Shown here one piece after another: positions 30,168 to 42,540 of a stretch of 62,000 nucleotides of DNA. Under the pieces are notes generated by a model. The model saw nothing but the letters and a program-made list of their open reading frames with translations. It did no database searches and was not told the DNA's origin. A program made the position numbers and the translations under genes. Within the stretch, counting starts at the first letter, position 1, and each line of letters starts with the position of its first letter. The DNA comes from Hyalangium minutum (GTDB taxonomy: Bacteria > Myxococcota > Myxococcia > Myxococcales > Myxococcaceae), in the NCBI RefSeq assembly GCF_000737315.1, contig NZ_JMCB01000008.1:82001-144000 (forward strand), read 5' to 3'.

Positions 30168-30501
30168 GACGTCACTGGCCCGGCAGATGCTCGATGCGGT
30201 CCTCCAGCGCGCCAAGGCGCATGGAGCCTCGCGCGTGCGCGAGGTGCGAGGCTGGGTCGCGGAGACGGAGTCGCTGTCGCCCGACAGCCTCTCGTTCCAC
30301 TTCGCGGCTCACGCGCGGGGCACGAAGGCCGAAGGAGCAAGGCTCCTGCTGGAGCTCATCCACGTGGAGGCGCGCTGCCGGGCCTGTAACCGCACCTATG
30401 CCCCCGAGCACCACCTCCTGCTGTGTCCGGCCTGCGGCAGCACCGACGGAGAGCAGCTCCGGCAGACGGGACTGGCCGTCACCTCCATCGACGTGGAGTG
30501 A
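30160..30501 (+). CDS. hypA: Hydrogenase nickel metallochaperone HypA
   Basis: MHETSLA, CRAC and CPACG motifs. Confidence 0.93.
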   Translation: MHETSLARQMLDAVLQRAKAHGASRVREVRGWVAETESLSPDSLSFHFAAHARGTKAEGARLLLELIHVEARCRACNRTYAPEHHLLLCPACGSTDGEQLRQTGLAVTSIDVE

Positions 30502-30510
30502 GGACTGGGC

Positions 30511-32811
30511 ATGATCCGGCTGGCCATCACCGTGCGAGGAGTCGTGCAGGGCGTGGGCTTCCGTCCCTTTGTCCACGCGGCGGCCACGGCCCGGGGGCTG
30601 TCGGGGTGGGTCCGCAACCGCACCGACGGTGTCCGCATCGAGGTGGAGGGGCCAGCGCCCCGCGTGAGCGACTTCCAGAGGGCCCTCGAGCGCGAAGCCC
30701 CTCCAGCGGCCCGCTTGGAGCACATGGGTGTCGAAGCGCTGCCGCTCCAGCGAGAACTCGGCTTCCGCATCCTCGAGAGCGATCCGAGCGCACCTCCCCG
30801 GCCCAGCATCCCAGCGGACCTGGCCACCTGCCCGGACTGCCTGGAGGAGGTGGTCTCCACGAGTGCGCGGCGCTTCCAGTACCCCTTCACCAACTGCACG
30901 CGCTGCGGGCCTCGGTGGACGATCATTGAAGCCCTGCCCTACGATCGGGCTCGCACGTCCATGAAGGCCTTCGCGATGTGCTCGGTCTGTGAGGCCGAGT
31001 ACCGCGACACACGGGACCGGCGCTTCCACGCCCAGCCCGTCGCATGTCCCGCGTGCGGCCCCTCGCTGCGGCTGCTTGGCCCCGAGGGGGATTGCCTGCG
31101 CGAAGGGGAAGCCGCACTGCGAGAGGCCGTGAAGGAAGTGCTCGCCGGAGGAATCCTCGCCCTCCAAGGGCTGGGGGGATTCCAGCTCCTCGTAGATGCC
31201 ACCGTCCCTGCGTCGGTCGAGCTCCTGCGCCAGCGCAAACGCCGTCTGGAGAAGCCCTTCGCGGTGATGTTTCCCTCGCTCGATCAGGTACGTACGGTCT
31301 GCGAGCTGGCCTCGGAGGAAGCGGCGGTGCTCACCTCCCCTGCAGCCCCCATCGTGCTCCTCCGCAAGCGCCTCTCCGGCGGCGCGAAGCCATGGGTCGC
31401 TGACGCGGTGGCTCCAGGCAACCCATGGCTGGGCGCGCTGCTGCCCTCCACACCCCTGCACCGAATGCTGCTCGATCTGGCGGAGCGCCCTCTGGTGTGC
31501 ACCAGCGGCAACCTCACCGACGAGCCCCTCTGCACCGCTCCCGGCGAGGCGCTGGATCGGCTGCGCGGAGTCGCCAGCCTGTTTCTGGTGCATGACCGGC
31601 CCATCCTCCGCCCGGTCGATGACTCCGTGGTGCGGATGGGACCGAACGGTCCGCTCGTGCTGCGCCGAGCCCGGGGTTATGCACCTCTCCCTCTGTCACT
31701 CCGTGCCGCTCCCCCGTACCTGTTGGCGCTTGGAGGCCACCTGAAGGGAACCGTCGCCCTCACTGTGGGAGAGCAAGCGGTGGTGAGCCAGCACTTGGGA
31801 GATCTGGGCTCTATCGAGGGCGCACGGCTCCTGGAGCGCACCGTGGAGGATCTGCTCCGGCTGTTCGAGGTGCACCCAGAAGCCGTCGCGTGCGATCTCC
31901 ACCCAGACTATGCCTCTACCCGGCTGGGCGAGCGCCTCTGCGAGCGCTGGGGAGTCCCACTCATCCAAGTGCAGCACCACCACGCCCACATCGCGGCGGT
32001 CATGGCTGAGCACGGACTCTCCGGCCCCGTACTCGGGCTCGCCTGGGACGGAGCAGGACTGGGAACAGACGGCACGCTGTGGGGCGGCGAGGCGCTGATC
32101 GTCGAAGGCGCGCGGTTCCGCCGGGTGGCACACCTTCGCCCCTTCCGCCTGGCCGGGGGAGAACAGGCCCAGCGAGAGCCTCGGCGGGCGGCGCTCGGAC
32201 TGCTCCACGCGATGGAGGGGCCTGGGGCCACCGTGCACCTGCGGGACGCCTTCACTGCGCACGAGGCGGACGTGCTCCTGGCCATGCTCGGGCGAGGGCT
32301 CCAGTCGCCGTTCACCACCAGCATGGGGCGGCTGTTCGACGCGGTCGCGGCGCTCTCCGGCGTCCAGCTGCGGACGAGCTTCGAGGGCCAGGCCGCCATG
32401 GCGCTCGAGTTCGCCGCAGGAGAGGACGCGGCCGTGGAGCCCTACCCTCTCCCACTGCGGAACGGCGAGCCTGCTGCGGCGGACTGGGAGCCTCTCATCC
32501 GAGCCCTGCTCGGGGATCGAACCCAAGGCGCGCCAGCCTCTCTCATGGCCCGCCGCTTCCACGCCTCGCTGGTCAGCCTGGCCGAAGCCATCGCGTCGCG
32601 GGCGGGCCTGCCCCACGTGGTGCTCGCGGGCGGGTGCTTCCAGAACCTGCGCCTGCTGCGGGACATCCAGGCACGCCTGCGCTCGCGAGGCTTCGAGGTG
32701 TGGACACCCCAGCAGTACCCACCCAACGACGGCAGCCTGTCCCTGGGCCAGCTCGCCGTCGCGGCATACCGCTACGAGGAGGCGCGCGATGTGTCTCGGC
32801 ATCCCCGGTGA
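30511..32811 (+). CDS. hypF: Carbamoyltransferase HypF
   Basis: [11 protein letters not shown], two Zn fingers (CPDC..CTRC, CSVC..CPAC), DLHPDY, QHHHAHI, PPNDGSLSLGQ. Confidence 0.96.
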   Translation: MIRLAITVRGVVQGVGFRPFVHAAATARGLSGWVRNRTDGVRIEVEGPAPRVSDFQRALEREAPPAARLEHMGVEALPLQRELGFRILESDPSAPPRPSIPADLATCPDCLEEVVSTSARRFQYPFTNCTRCGPRWTIIEALPYDRARTSMKAFAMCSVCEAEYRDTRDRRFHAQPVACPACGPSLRLLGPEGDCLREGEAALREAVKEVLAGGILALQGLGGFQLLVDATVPASVELLRQRKRRLEKPFAVMFPSLDQVRTVCELASEEAAVLTSPAAPIVLLRKRLSGGAKPWVADAVAPGNPWLGALLPSTPLHRMLLDLAERPLVCTSGNLTDEPLCTAPGEALDRLRGVASLFLVHDRPILRPVDDSVVRMGPNGPLVLRRARGYAPLPLSLRAAPPYLLALGGHLKGTVALTVGEQAVVSQHLGDLGSIEGARLLERTVEDLLRLFEVHPEAVACDLHPDYASTRLGERLCERWGVPLIQVQHHHAHIAAVMAEHGLSGPVLGLAWDGAGLGTDGTLWGGEALIVEGARFRRVAHLRPFRLAGGEQAQREPRRAALGLLHAMEGPGATVHLRDAFTAHEADVLLAMLGRGLQSPFTTSMGRLFDAVAALSGVQLRTSFEGQAAMALEFAAGEDAAVEPYPLPLRNGEPAAADWEPLIRALLGDRTQGAPASLMARRFHASLVSLAEAIASRAGLPHVVLAGGCFQNLRLLRDIQARLRSRGFEVWTPQQYPPNDGSLSLGQLAVAAYRYEEARDVSRHPR

Positions 32812-33040
32812 GGTGCTGTCCACGGTGGAGGGCCCGCTGCGCATGGGGCGCGTGGCCTTCGGCCAGGTCATCAAGGAGGTGTGCCTGGCCTATGTCCCCG
32901 AGGCCCAGCCCGGAGACTTCGTCGTGGTGCATGCCGGCTTCGCCATCAGCCGTGTGGATCCGGAGGGAGCCCTGCGTGTCTTCGCCTACCTGGAGGAGCT
33001 GGGCGAGACGGCCGAGAAGCTGGGAGGCCAATCCCCATGA
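32789..33040 (+). CDS. hypC: Hydrogenase chaperone HypC
   Basis: MCLGIPG and VVVHAGFAI motifs. Confidence 0.95.
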   Translation: MCLGIPGEVLSTVEGPLRMGRVAFGQVIKEVCLAYVPEAQPGDFVVVHAGFAISRVDPEGALRVFAYLEELGETAEKLGGQSP

Positions 33041-34131
33041 GGTATGTAGAAGAATACCGAGGCGCGGAGGAGGCCCACCGGTTTGTCCAGGCGCTCCACG
33101 CCCGGGTGACGCGGCCCTGGACGCTGATGGAGATCTGCGGGGGGCAAACGCACGCCATCGTCCGCTTCGGGATCGACCAACTGCTGCCGCCAGGACTCAC
33201 CCTCCTGCACGGTCCTGGCTGCCCGGTCTGCGTCACCTCGGTGGAGACCTTGGACAAGGCGCTGGCCATCGCCTCGCGGCCCGGCGTCGTGTTCTGCTCG
33301 TTCGGCGACATGCTCCGAGTGCCTGGCTCGGAGCGGGACTTGCTCTCGGTCAAGGCGGCGGGGGCGGACGTGCGCATCGTCTACTCGCCCATGGATGCGC
33401 TGGCCCTGGCCGAGCGGCTGCCCGGGCGCGAGGTCGTCTTCTTCGCCGTGGGCTTCGAGACCACCGCTCCGGCCAGCGCCATGGCCGTGCACGAGGCGCG
33501 GCGGCGGGGGCTGCGCAACTTCTCGCTCTTGGCGGCCCACGTCCTGGTGCCACCGGCGATGGAAGCGATCCTCGCGGACCGGAACCGGCGGGTGGATGGC
33601 TTCCTGGCCGCCGGCCACGTGTGCACGATCATGGGCATGGAGGCATACGGCCCGCTGGCGCGAGCGTACCGGGTCCCCATCGTCGTCACTGGCTTCGAGC
33701 CGCTGGACCTGCTGCAGGGCATCCACATGTGCGTGGCGCAGCTGGAGGATGGGCGCGCCGCGGTGGAGAACCAGTACGCCCGCGCCGTGCGGCCCCCGGG
33801 CAACGCACCTGCCCAGGCCATGCTGCAAGCGGTGTTCGAGGTGGTGCACCGCACGTGGCGGGGTATCGGCCCCATTCCATCGAGCGGCTTGGGGCTCCGC
33901 GCCGCCTACGCGGACTGGGACGCCGAGCGGAAGTTCGGCGTGTCCGCGGTGGGTGGCCGAGAGGACGCGGAGTGCCGGAGCGGCTCGGTGTTGCGAGGCC
34001 TGCTCAAGCCGCCCGAGTGCCCCGCCTTCGGCACCCGCTGCACACCCGAGACGCCGCTGGGAGCGACGATGGTGTCCTCCGAGGGCGCCTGTGCGGCCTA
34101 CTACCGCTACCGGAGGTTCACCGGCCCATGA
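33037..34131 (+). CDS. hypD: Hydrogenase formation protein HypD
   Basis: [35 protein letters not shown] motifs. Confidence 0.96.
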   Translation: MRYVEEYRGAEEAHRFVQALHARVTRPWTLMEICGGQTHAIVRFGIDQLLPPGLTLLHGPGCPVCVTSVETLDKALAIASRPGVVFCSFGDMLRVPGSERDLLSVKAAGADVRIVYSPMDALALAERLPGREVVFFAVGFETTAPASAMAVHEARRRGLRNFSLLAAHVLVPPAMEAILADRNRRVDGFLAAGHVCTIMGMEAYGPLARAYRVPIVVTGFEPLDLLQGIHMCVAQLEDGRAAVENQYARAVRPPGNAPAQAMLQAVFEVVHRTWRGIGPIPSSGLGLRAAYADWDAERKFGVSAVGGREDAECRSGSVLRGLLKPPECPAFGTRCTPETPLGATMVSSEGACAAYYRYRRFTGP

Positions 34132-35174
34132 GCACCCTCTTGAACCGGAGCTGCCCCGCACCGCTGAAGCACAGCACCATCCAGCTCGCGCACGGAGGAG
34201 GCGGACGGCTCATGCGCCAGCTCATCGAGGAGGTCTTCCTGGAGCCGCCTCCCGCCCTGGCGTGGACCGAGCGCCATGACAGCGCGGTGGTCCCCCTCGG
34301 CACGGAGCGACTGGCGCTCACCACGGACTCCTACGTGGTGACCCCTCGCTTCTTCCCTGGGGGAGACATCGGCAAGCTCGCGGTGTACGGCACGGTGAAC
34401 GACCTGGTCATGTCCGGGGCACGCCCGCTGTACCTGAGCGCGGGCTTCATTCTGGAGGAGGGGCTGGCGATGGAGGAGCTGCGCCGGGTGGTGGCCTCCA
34501 TGCGCGAGGCCGCCCGGGAGTGCGGCGTGAGGCTCGTCACGGGAGACACCAAGGTGGTGGACCGAGGCAAGGCGGATGGGCTCTTCATCAACACCTCGGG
34601 CGCGGGCCATGTGCCCGAGGGCCGCTCCGTCCACCCGAGGCGCGTGAGGCCAGGGGACGCGGTGCTCGTCTCTGGAGACGTGGGGCAGCACGGCATCGCC
34701 GTCCTCTCGGTGCGCGAGGGGCTCGCTTTCGAGACTCCCGTTCAGAGCGACTGCTCGCCGCTCACGCCGCTGGTGGAGGCGCTCTTCAGCGCGGGGGTGG
34801 ATGTGCATGCCCTGCGAGACACGACGCGAGGGGGGCTGGCCTCGGCCCTCAATGAACTGGCCCTCGATGGTGGAGTGAGTGTCCTCTTGGAGGAGACCTC
34901 GGTGCCGGTGAACGAGGCGGTCTCGGGAGCCTGCGAGTTGCTGGGCCTGGATCCCCTCTACGTGGCCTGCGAGGGGCGCATGGTGGCCTTCGTGCCCGAA
35001 CCCCAGGCAGAGGTGGCCTTGGCGGCCCTGCGCGGCCATCCCCTCGGTGTGGCAGCGGCCCGGATTGGGCGTGTCACCGAGGGCCCCGCGGGCAGGGTGT
35101 CTCTGCGCACGCGCCTCGGCGGACACCGGCTCTTGGATCTGCTCTCCGGGGAACAGCTCCCGCGCATCTGCTGA
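34128..35174 (+). CDS. hypE: Hydrogenase maturation protein HypE
   Basis: [26 protein letters not shown] and terminal LPRIC. Confidence 0.96.
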   Translation: MSTLLNRSCPAPLKHSTIQLAHGGGGRLMRQLIEEVFLEPPPALAWTERHDSAVVPLGTERLALTTDSYVVTPRFFPGGDIGKLAVYGTVNDLVMSGARPLYLSAGFILEEGLAMEELRRVVASMREAARECGVRLVTGDTKVVDRGKADGLFINTSGAGHVPEGRSVHPRRVRPGDAVLVSGDVGQHGIAVLSVREGLAFETPVQSDCSPLTPLVEALFSAGVDVHALRDTTRGGLASALNELALDGGVSVLLEETSVPVNEAVSGACELLGLDPLYVACEGRMVAFVPEPQAEVALAALRGHPLGVAAARIGRVTEGPAGRVSLRTRLGGHRLLDLLSGEQLPRIC

Positions 35175-35182
35175 AGCGCCGC

Positions 35183-37636
35183 TCACCCCGCCCTGCGCAA
35201 GCGGATCCAGCGGCGCACCAACTTGGCCAACTCCAGCGCCGTCACGGGGATGAGACCGAGCGCGAACATGAGCACCATCTCATTCCAGGGCAGAGGCACC
35301 AACTCGAAGAGGGTCCGCACCGCGGGAATCTCATAGAGCGCCCCCTGGATGAGCACAGACACGAGGATGACTCCGAGCAGCACCCGGTTGGTGAAGACAC
35401 CCACCTCCCAGAAGATGCGCGTGGAACTCCGGGCGATGAACGAGCGCAATAGCTCCGCGAAGACAAGCGTGGAGAACGCCAGCGAGCGGGCCCGCTCCAA
35501 GTGCGCCGCGGGATCCGCCCACAGGAAGACCCCGAGCACCACGGCCGCCTCGAGCGCACCGGCGGCGAAGATGGTGCGCCACTGAGCGCCTCCGAGCATC
35601 GGCTCATCGGGGCGGCGCGGTGGGGCCTGCAGCAGCTCGAGCCGGGCGGGGTCCATCACCAGCGCCAGCGCCGGCAGGCTGTCCGTCATGAGGTTGATCC
35701 AGAGCAGCTGCAACGGAACCAGGGGTAGGGGTTGGCCCATCAGCAGGGCGATGACCATCAGCAGGAGTTCACCCACATTGCCCACGAGCAGATACACCAG
35801 CGTCTTGCGAATGTTCTCGTAGATGGCGCGGCCCTCGCGGATGGCCGCCACGATGGTGGCGAAGTTGTCATCGGTGAGGACGATGTCCGCGGCCTCACGC
35901 GTCACCTCGGTGCCGGTGCGCCCCATGGCAATACCGATGTGAGCCTCGCGCAGCGCGGGCGCATCATTCACGCCGTCCCCGGTCATCGCCACCACCTCGC
36001 CGCGCTCCTTCCAGCGCCGGACGATGCGCAGCTTCTCCTCGGCGGTGACGCGGGCGTGGATCAGCTCGGAGGGGTCATCGCCCTCGCGAACGATTCCCAG
36101 CTCACGCCCGATGGCGAGCGCCGTCACGGGGTGATCGCCGGTGATCATCACCGTGCGGATTCCCGCCGCCCGTGCCGCAGCGACGGCCTCGATGGCCTCG
36201 GGCCGGGGCGGGTCCGCCATGCCCATCAACCCCAGCAGCTGGAGCCGCTCCTCCTCCGGACCCGAGCCCCGAGCCACGGCCAGCACCCGGAGTCCTCGAG
36301 AGGCCATCGCCTCGGCCTTCGCGAGCGCCCCTTCGGTGCCAGAGGTGCAGCGCGAAAGCAGGACCTCGGGCGCGCCCTTGACGGAGAGGACGCCATCCGC
36401 GCGCAGCACGGACATCCGCTTCCGCTCGGAGTCGAAGGGCTGCACGGCCACGCGGGGGTTCTCGCGCTCGATCTGCTCGCGCTGGATGCCACGCTCCAGG
36501 GCCGCGCGCAGCAGGGCCAGCTCCGTGGGGTCTCCTGTTCCTTCCTTCCCTTCGGGCCCGAGACTCGCGTCACAGCACGACGCCGCAGTCCGGAGGAGCG
36601 CCTCCTCATCTGAGCCCCACAGCTCGCGCACCGCCATGCTACCCGTGGTGAGCGTGCCGGTCTTGTCGGTGCACACCACCGTCGCCGAGCCCAGCGTCTC
36701 CACGGCCTGGAGCCGGCGCACCAGGGCATGCCGGCTCGCCATCCGCCGCACGCCCAACGCCAGGGCAATGGTCACCACGGCTGGAAGCCCTTCGGGCACG
36801 GCCGCCACCGCCAGCGAGATGGACGAGAGCAGCACGGGCAGCCAGCCCATGCCCCGCAGCAGGCCCAGCGCCGCCACAAGCAGCACGATACCGCCGCAGA
36901 CGATCAACAGCGCCTGGGTCACCCGGTTGAGCCGCTGTTGCAGCGGCGTCTCCGTGTCCTCGGCGGAGGCAAGCAGGTGGGCAATCTGCCCCAGCTCCGT
37001 GCGCATGCCAGTGGCGGTCACCACCGCCGTGCCCGTCCCTCGCGACACCGCGGTTCCCATGAACACACGGTCCGTGCGCTGCGCCAGGGGTGTTCCCTCG
37101 GGCGTGGGCCGGATGGACTTGTCCACGGGGGCGCTCTCTCCGGTGAGCGGCGCCTCGCTCGTGGCGAGCGAGTAGGCCTCCAGCAGCTGCGCATCCGCGG
37201 CCACAATGTCGCCCGCCTCTAGGAGCAGCACATCTCCCGGGACGATCTCCGCCGCAGGCAGATCGATGGGGTACCCATCGCGCAGGACACGGGCCCGGGG
37301 CGCGGTCATGGAGCGCAGCGCCTGCATGGCCTGCTCGGCCTTGAATTCCTGAGCGAACCCGACGAGCGCGTTGAGCACCACGATGATGCCAATAGCGATG
37401 GCGTCCGCCCGCTCCCCCATCAGGAAGGAGGCGACACTGGCCGCGATCAGCAGAGCGATCATCGGTGAGCGGAACTGATCCAGGAAGAGGCGCCAGCGGG
37501 GCCGAGCGGCCTCCCGGCGAATCTCGTTCCGCCCGGACTCGAGCAGGCGGCGTGCGGCCTCTGAGGTGGTCAATCCCGGGTTCATGGCTCCAGGGAGAGG
37601 GTACTCGCTGGAAGGCAGCGGGGTGGTGACGGCCAT
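35183..37636 (-). CDS. Ca2+-type P-type ATPase (start may be ATG 37585)
   Basis: LTGES, VPEGLP, DKTGTLT, ITGDHP, TGDGVND and [10 protein letters not shown] motifs. Confidence 0.94.
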   Translation of the reverse strand: MAVTTPLPSSEYPLPGAMNPGLTTSEAARRLLESGRNEIRREAARPRWRLFLDQFRSPMIALLIAASVASFLMGERADAIAIGIIVVLNALVGFAQEFKAEQAMQALRSMTAPRARVLRDGYPIDLPAAEIVPGDVLLLEAGDIVAADAQLLEAYSLATSEAPLTGESAPVDKSIRPTPEGTPLAQRTDRVFMGTAVSRGTGTAVVTATGMRTELGQIAHLLASAEDTETPLQQRLNRVTQALLIVCGGIVLLVAALGLLRGMGWLPVLLSSISLAVAAVPEGLPAVVTIALALGVRRMASRHALVRRLQAVETLGSATVVCTDKTGTLTTGSMAVRELWGSDEEALLRTAASCCDASLGPEGKEGTGDPTELALLRAALERGIQREQIERENPRVAVQPFDSERKRMSVLRADGVLSVKGAPEVLLSRCTSGTEGALAKAEAMASRGLRVLAVARGSGPEEERLQLLGLMGMADPPRPEAIEAVAAARAAGIRTVMITGDHPVTALAIGRELGIVREGDDPSELIHARVTAEEKLRIVRRWKERGEVVAMTGDGVNDAPALREAHIGIAMGRTGTEVTREAADIVLTDDNFATIVAAIREGRAIYENIRKTLVYLLVGNVGELLLMVIALLMGQPLPLVPLQLLWINLMTDSLPALALVMDPARLELLQAPPRRPDEPMLGGAQWRTIFAAGALEAAVVLGVFLWADPAAHLERARSLAFSTLVFAELLRSFIARSSTRIFWEVGVFTNRVLLGVILVSVLIQGALYEIPAVRTLFELVPLPWNEMVLMFALGLIPVTALELAKLVRRWIRLRRAG

Positions 37637-37860
37637 GACAAGGACTCCAGCGGTCGACACTGTGGCAGCCCCTCCCCTTTTCACATCCCGCGCCAGCAGC
37701 CCCACCTTGAACCGGACCGGTGTTGCCCTGGGAGGGGCTGCCTCCCAGGCTGCCCTCATGAGTCTCCTCACGCGCGGTTCATGCCTATCAAGAAGGAAGC
37801 ACCGAGTGCGGCCCGGCGCTGGACCGCACCTCACAGACGGCCTCGAGGAGGGAGCAGGCC

Positions 37861-40320
37861 ATGGAACTGACGATGCCGCCGAAGAAGGGGCCCGTGACGC
37901 GAGGCGTACCTGGGCAGGAGCCAGGCCCACGAGAGGAGCCCCCTGCCCTGGTGATCTGGTTCGAGTCTCTCTCCCGAGGAGACACGGCCATCGCGGGGGG
38001 CAAGGGAGCGAATCTGGGGGAGCTACAGAAGGCGGGCCTGCCAGTGCCTCGGGGCTTCGTGGTCACCGCCGCGGCCTTCCAGGCGTCCATGGAGCCCATC
38101 CGCTCCAAGCTGACGGACCTCTGGCGGCGCATCGATCCGGACAAACCCGAGTCGCTCGCCATCCTGTCCGATGAGCTGAAGAAGCTCGTGCGCAAGATCG
38201 AGTTCCCAGCCTCGTTGCGCTCGGCCCTGCTCTTGGCCTATCGCCAGCTGGGGAAGGATCGAGCGGTCGCCGTCCGCTCGTCCGCGACGTCCGAGGACAC
38301 GGCCGCCACCTCGTTCGCGGGGATGCACGAGACGTTCACCAACGTGGTGGGAGAGGAGGCGGTGCTCGACAAGGTGCGCGAGTGCTGGAGCTCCGCCTAT
38401 GGCCAGCGCGTAGTGGCCTACCGCAAAAGCCAGGGTGTCTCCGAGGAGCCCACCCTCGCCGTGGTGGTGCAGGAGATGGTGGACTCGGCGCGCTCGGGGG
38501 TGATGTTCACCGCGGATCCGGCGACAGGCAGCCGGGATCGGCTCATCATCGAGGGCGCCTTCGGACTGGGCGAGGTGGTCGTCGGCGGGCAGGTGGAGCC
38601 GGACACCTACGCTGTGGACAAGCAGCACATGCGGGTGCTGGAGGTCCGCGTTGGCCACAAGGACTACCAGATCGTCCGTGAGGGACACGGGCAGGAGCGC
38701 CGCGTGGATCTGTCGCCCGAGGAAGCGAGCCGCCGCGTGCTGAAGGACGAAGAGGTGCTGGAGCTCGCGCGGCTGGGGCTGAACGTGGAGCAGCACTACG
38801 GCTCGCCGCAGGACGTGGAGTGGGCCGAGTCGGGGGGGCGCATGTACCTCGTCCAGTCGCGGCCCATCACCACCCTGACGGAGACTGTGGGCCCAGCGAA
38901 GAGGTTGTCCCGAACGAAGGAGCCCGTGCTCGTCACGGGGATGGGCGCCTCCCCTGGCATCGTCTCGGGCCGCGTGCGCGTCCTACACAAGCCCGAGGAA
39001 GGGCGGCACCTGCGCAAGGGCGAGATCCTCGTGGCGCCGATGACATCTCCGGACTGGGTGCCCACGCTGCGCCGGGCCGCCGCCATCATTACGGACAGCG
39101 GCGGAATCACGTGCCACGCCGCGATTGTCAGCCGTGAGCTGCGGATCCCCTGCGTGGTGGGGACACGCATGGCCACTCGGGTGCTCCGCGATGGGGAGGA
39201 GATCACGGTGGATGGCGCCACGGGTCAGGTGCGCGCAGGGCTGGAGGAAACTCCTACCGCCGAGCCCACGAACGCCACCGTCCAGAGAGCCCCAGCCATG
39301 GCTGTGAGTCCCGGGGATCCGGAGCCGCTGGCCACGCGCCTCTATGTCAACCTGGCGATGCCGGGACAGGCGAAGGAAGTGGCGGCGATGCCGGTGGACG
39401 GTGTGGGCCTGCTCCGCGCCGAGTTCATGCTGACGGACGCGCTCGGGGGAGTGCACCCGAAGCGGCTGCTAGCGCTCGGGAGACGCCAGGAGTTCATGGA
39501 CAAGCTGTCCGGGTCGCTGCTGGAGATCACCCGCGCATTCCGGCCACGACCGGTCGTCTATCGGACCACGGACTTCCGCACCAACGAGTTCCGGGGACTG
39601 GAGGGTGGCGCCGAGTTCGAGTCCGCCGAGGCCAACCCGATGATCGGCTATCGCGGCTGCTACCGGTACATCCGTGAGCCGGAGATCTTCCAGCTCGAGC
39701 TGGAGGTACTGGCGCGGGTACGCGAGGAGACGTCCAACCTGCACGTGATGATTCCCTTCGTGCGCACGAAATGGGAGCTGGAGGCGTGCCTGGAAGCCAT
39801 CGATCGAAGCCCGCTGGGGCGGCAGCGAGGGCTGGAGCGCTGGGTGATGGCAGAGGTGCCCTCGGTGGTGTACCGCATCCCCGAGTACGCGCGCATGGGC
39901 ATCACGGGCGTGTCCATCGGCTCCAATGATTTGACGCAGCTCATGCTGGGGGTGGATCGGGACTCGGAGGTGTGCGCGGAGCTGTTCGACGAGTCGGACG
40001 CGGCGGTGCTGGATGCGATTGTGCGCATCATCCGGGCCAGCCTCGAGGCGGGCATCACCTGCTCCTTGTGTGGCCAGGCGCCCTCCAACCGCCCCGAGTT
40101 CGCCGAGCACCTGGTGCGCGCGGGCATCACCTCCATCTCGGTGGACCCGGGGGCGGTGGGCTCGGCGCGGAGGGTGATCGCGGCAGCAGAGCGGCGCTTG
40201 CTGCTGGAGGCCGCGAGGCAAGGAGGCGCCCGTGGAAGCGACGATGCGCGCGATGGTGCTCCCAGCGCCTGGACAACCCCTGCGGGAAGAACGATGGCCC
40301 CTGCCCATCCCAGGTCCTGA
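37861..40320 (+). CDS. ppsA: Phosphoenolpyruvate synthase (pyruvate, water dikinase)
   Basis: [50 protein letters not shown] motifs. Confidence 0.95.
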   Translation: MELTMPPKKGPVTRGVPGQEPGPREEPPALVIWFESLSRGDTAIAGGKGANLGELQKAGLPVPRGFVVTAAAFQASMEPIRSKLTDLWRRIDPDKPESLAILSDELKKLVRKIEFPASLRSALLLAYRQLGKDRAVAVRSSATSEDTAATSFAGMHETFTNVVGEEAVLDKVRECWSSAYGQRVVAYRKSQGVSEEPTLAVVVQEMVDSARSGVMFTADPATGSRDRLIIEGAFGLGEVVVGGQVEPDTYAVDKQHMRVLEVRVGHKDYQIVREGHGQERRVDLSPEEASRRVLKDEEVLELARLGLNVEQHYGSPQDVEWAESGGRMYLVQSRPITTLTETVGPAKRLSRTKEPVLVTGMGASPGIVSGRVRVLHKPEEGRHLRKGEILVAPMTSPDWVPTLRRAAAIITDSGGITCHAAIVSRELRIPCVVGTRMATRVLRDGEEITVDGATGQVRAGLEETPTAEPTNATVQRAPAMAVSPGDPEPLATRLYVNLAMPGQAKEVAAMPVDGVGLLRAEFMLTDALGGVHPKRLLALGRRQEFMDKLSGSLLEITRAFRPRPVVYRTTDFRTNEFRGLEGGAEFESAEANPMIGYRGCYRYIREPEIFQLELEVLARVREETSNLHVMIPFVRTKWELEACLEAIDRSPLGRQRGLERWVMAEVPSVVYRIPEYARMGITGVSIGSNDLTQLMLGVDRDSEVCAELFDESDAAVLDAIVRIIRASLEAGITCSLCGQAPSNRPEFAEHLVRAGITSISVDPGAVGSARRVIAAAERRLLLEAARQGGARGSDDARDGAPSAWTTPAGRTMAPAHPRS

Positions 40321-41254
40321 GCAGTTCCTGCTGCGAGTGCGGGCCTGCGCGGTGTGCCGCACGGACCTGCACGTGCTGGACGGCGAGCTGCCGCACGCGA
40401 AGCAGCCACTGGTGCTCGGGCACGAGATCGTCGGGACGGTGGTGGGCCTGGGCTCACGGGTGACGGACCTCGCCCTGGGCACGCGCGTGGGAGTACCGTG
40501 GCTCGGATGGACGTGTGGCCACTGTGGCGCATGTACCTCGGGCCGGGAGAACCTGTGCGCGGAGGCGCGCTTCACGGGGTACCAGCTCGATGGCGGATAC
40601 GCGGAGTACACGGTGGCCGATCACCGGTTCTGCTTTCCGCTCCCCGAGGGCTACCCGGATGTGCAAGCGGCGCCGCTGCTGTGCGCGGGGCTGATTGGGT
40701 ACCGGAGTCTGCGGCTTGCGGGCCCAGGCGAGCGACTGGGGCTGTATGGCTTTGGAGCGGCGGCCCACGTCCTCATTCAGGTGGCACGCCACCAGGGCCG
40801 GAGGGTGTACGCCTTCACACGCCCAGGAGACGCGGCGGGACAGGCGTTCGCCCGAGAACTGGGGGCGGAGTGGGCGGGCAGCTCCGAGCAGTTGCCTCCG
40901 GAGCCCCTGGATGCGGCCATCCTCTTCGCGCCAGTGGGAGCCTTGGTGCCCCTGGCCCTGAGAGCGACGGTTCCCGGGGGCGTGGTGGTGTGCGGAGGCA
41001 TCCACATGAGTGACATCCCCGCCTTCCCCTACGCACTGCTGTGGGGCGAGCGGGTGGTGCGCTCGGTGGCCAACCTGACGCGGCAAGACGGGCGGGAGTT
41101 CCTCGCGCTCGCACCGCGAGTGCCGGTACGCACCGAGGTACAGAGCTACCCATTGGAGGCAGCGGCACAGGCGCTCGAAGATCTGCGGGCGGGGCGGGTG
41201 CGCGGAGCAGCGGTGCTGGACCTGACCGGCAGCCCAGCCCCCCTTGAGGGGTGA
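40232..41254 (+). CDS. Zinc-dependent alcohol dehydrogenase (AdhP-like)
   Basis: [43 protein letters not shown]; AAGGAGG RBS before GTG 40232. Confidence 0.93.
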   Translation: MEATMRAMVLPAPGQPLREERWPLPIPGPEQFLLRVRACAVCRTDLHVLDGELPHAKQPLVLGHEIVGTVVGLGSRVTDLALGTRVGVPWLGWTCGHCGACTSGRENLCAEARFTGYQLDGGYAEYTVADHRFCFPLPEGYPDVQAAPLLCAGLIGYRSLRLAGPGERLGLYGFGAAAHVLIQVARHQGRRVYAFTRPGDAAGQAFARELGAEWAGSSEQLPPEPLDAAILFAPVGALVPLALRATVPGGVVVCGGIHMSDIPAFPYALLWGERVVRSVANLTRQDGREFLALAPRVPVRTEVQSYPLEAAAQALEDLRAGRVRGAAVLDLTGSPAPLEG

Positions 41255-41483
41255 TGGAAAACCTTTCCAGGGCGTCCAAGTGCTCACCCATCTTGTGACT
41301 CGCCATCAGCGCTGGGCTTCGTGCGTCCACCCGCACTGCTGCTCCTGGTGCTCCTGCTGGGCGGGGCGGTGATGCTGGCGCTCGGGCTCGCGCTGCTTTT
41401 CTGGCCCCGCGCGCTCCTTCACTTCTGAGGAGGGCCGCAGACGGGCGATGCCACTCCTCCACCGCCCCACACGTGCCTCCAGG

Positions 41484-41969
41484 CTACGCCTTCACCTTCC
41501 CCTCTGGCGCCGTGCCCTGAACAGCGATCCGCTTCGGCTGGACCGCCAGCGTCTTGGGCACGTTCACGGTGAGGATGCCCTCCTTGAGTTCCGCGCGGAT
41601 CTGATCGGCGTTGATGCCCACCGGCAGAGAGAAGGTCCTCGTGAACGTGCCCGCCGAGCGCTCGGAGCAGTAGTACGTATCCGTCTCCGAGACCTGCTCG
41701 GCCTCGCGCTTGCCCGAGAGGGTGAGGCGGTTGTTGGTGACTTGGATGTCGAGGTCCTGCTCACGAAAACCGGGCACGTCTGCCTTGAAGACGTAGGCGT
41801 CCTTCGTCTCCCAGACATCGAAGGCAGGGACATACGTCCCCAGCCGCTCCGGAAGCAGCTGGGACATCGGCTCCAGGTTCAGCATCTCACGCATGGTCTG
41901 GAACAGATCCCACGGGAGCAGCGAGCGGCGGGTCGTCGGGACAGCTTCACCTCTCCTGATGATGGCCAT
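41484..41969 (-). CDS. Hsp20/alpha-crystallin small heat-shock protein
   Basis: DVWET, ADVPGF, ERSAGTFTRTFSLP, GILTVNVPK motifs; AGGAGG RBS. Confidence 0.93.
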   Translation of the reverse strand: MAIIRRGEAVPTTRRSLLPWDLFQTMREMLNLEPMSQLLPERLGTYVPAFDVWETKDAYVFKADVPGFREQDLDIQVTNNRLTLSGKREAEQVSETDTYYCSERSAGTFTRTFSLPVGINADQIRAELKEGILTVNVPKTLAVQPKRIAVQGTAPEGKVKA

Positions 41970-42138
41970 ATTTCCTCCTGAGATTGACAACTCCCGCACC
42001 AGACGGCCTGGTGAGTAGAACCGCCGTGGCTGGGCGGGGGGCGGAACGTGGTGATGGGGCACGCGAGGACAACTGGCCTTCGAGGGCATATGCCCTGGGG
42101 TGCAGGAGCCTTGTTGGAATCAGGCTCGGCTCCCTACC

Positions 42139-42351
42139 TCATGGGTTTATCTGCACGGTGGGCTCTTCAACCTCCCTGCCCAACCCGGGGCGCAGATCGA
42201 ACGCCCTGCAGCCGCTGGCTCCAAAGACCTTCAGCTCGAAGCGCGAGAGCTCTGGATGAAGGCACCGTGCTTCTTCGCTCGCCACGGGTCTGCGAGAGAG
42301 ACTCGCGAAGTATTTGCAGTTCTGGCAGTGCCCCCAGTTTCGGTCGGTCAT
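42139..42351 (-). CDS. 70-aa four-cysteine protein (C9-x2-C12-x17-C30-x17-C48)
   Basis: Strong AAAGGAGGT RBS before ATG 42351; MTDRNWGHCQNCKYF...RCLHP...GASGCRAF. Confidence 0.68.
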   Translation of the reverse strand: MTDRNWGHCQNCKYFASLSRRPVASEEARCLHPELSRFELKVFGASGCRAFDLRPGLGREVEEPTVQINP

Positions 42352-42540
42352 GGTTCTTGCCACCTCCTTTCTGCAAGCTGGACGGTGTGGGCGGAGGCGC
42401 CAACTCGTGGCGGACAGGTCCAGCGGTCCCTCCTTGCACCTGCTCGGCACGATCCCACCCGCAAGCATCCGCGCGAACGGTCGCACGGCGCACCTCTCAC
42501 GCCTCTCCAGTGCAGCTGGGCGGATCGCAACGCGCCGCCC

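Noticed and set aside
41290-41430. Short hydrophobic frame (LLLLVLLLGGAVMLALGLALLFWPRALLHF*)
   Set aside because: No clear start or recognisable family; may be another remnant but cannot be supported.
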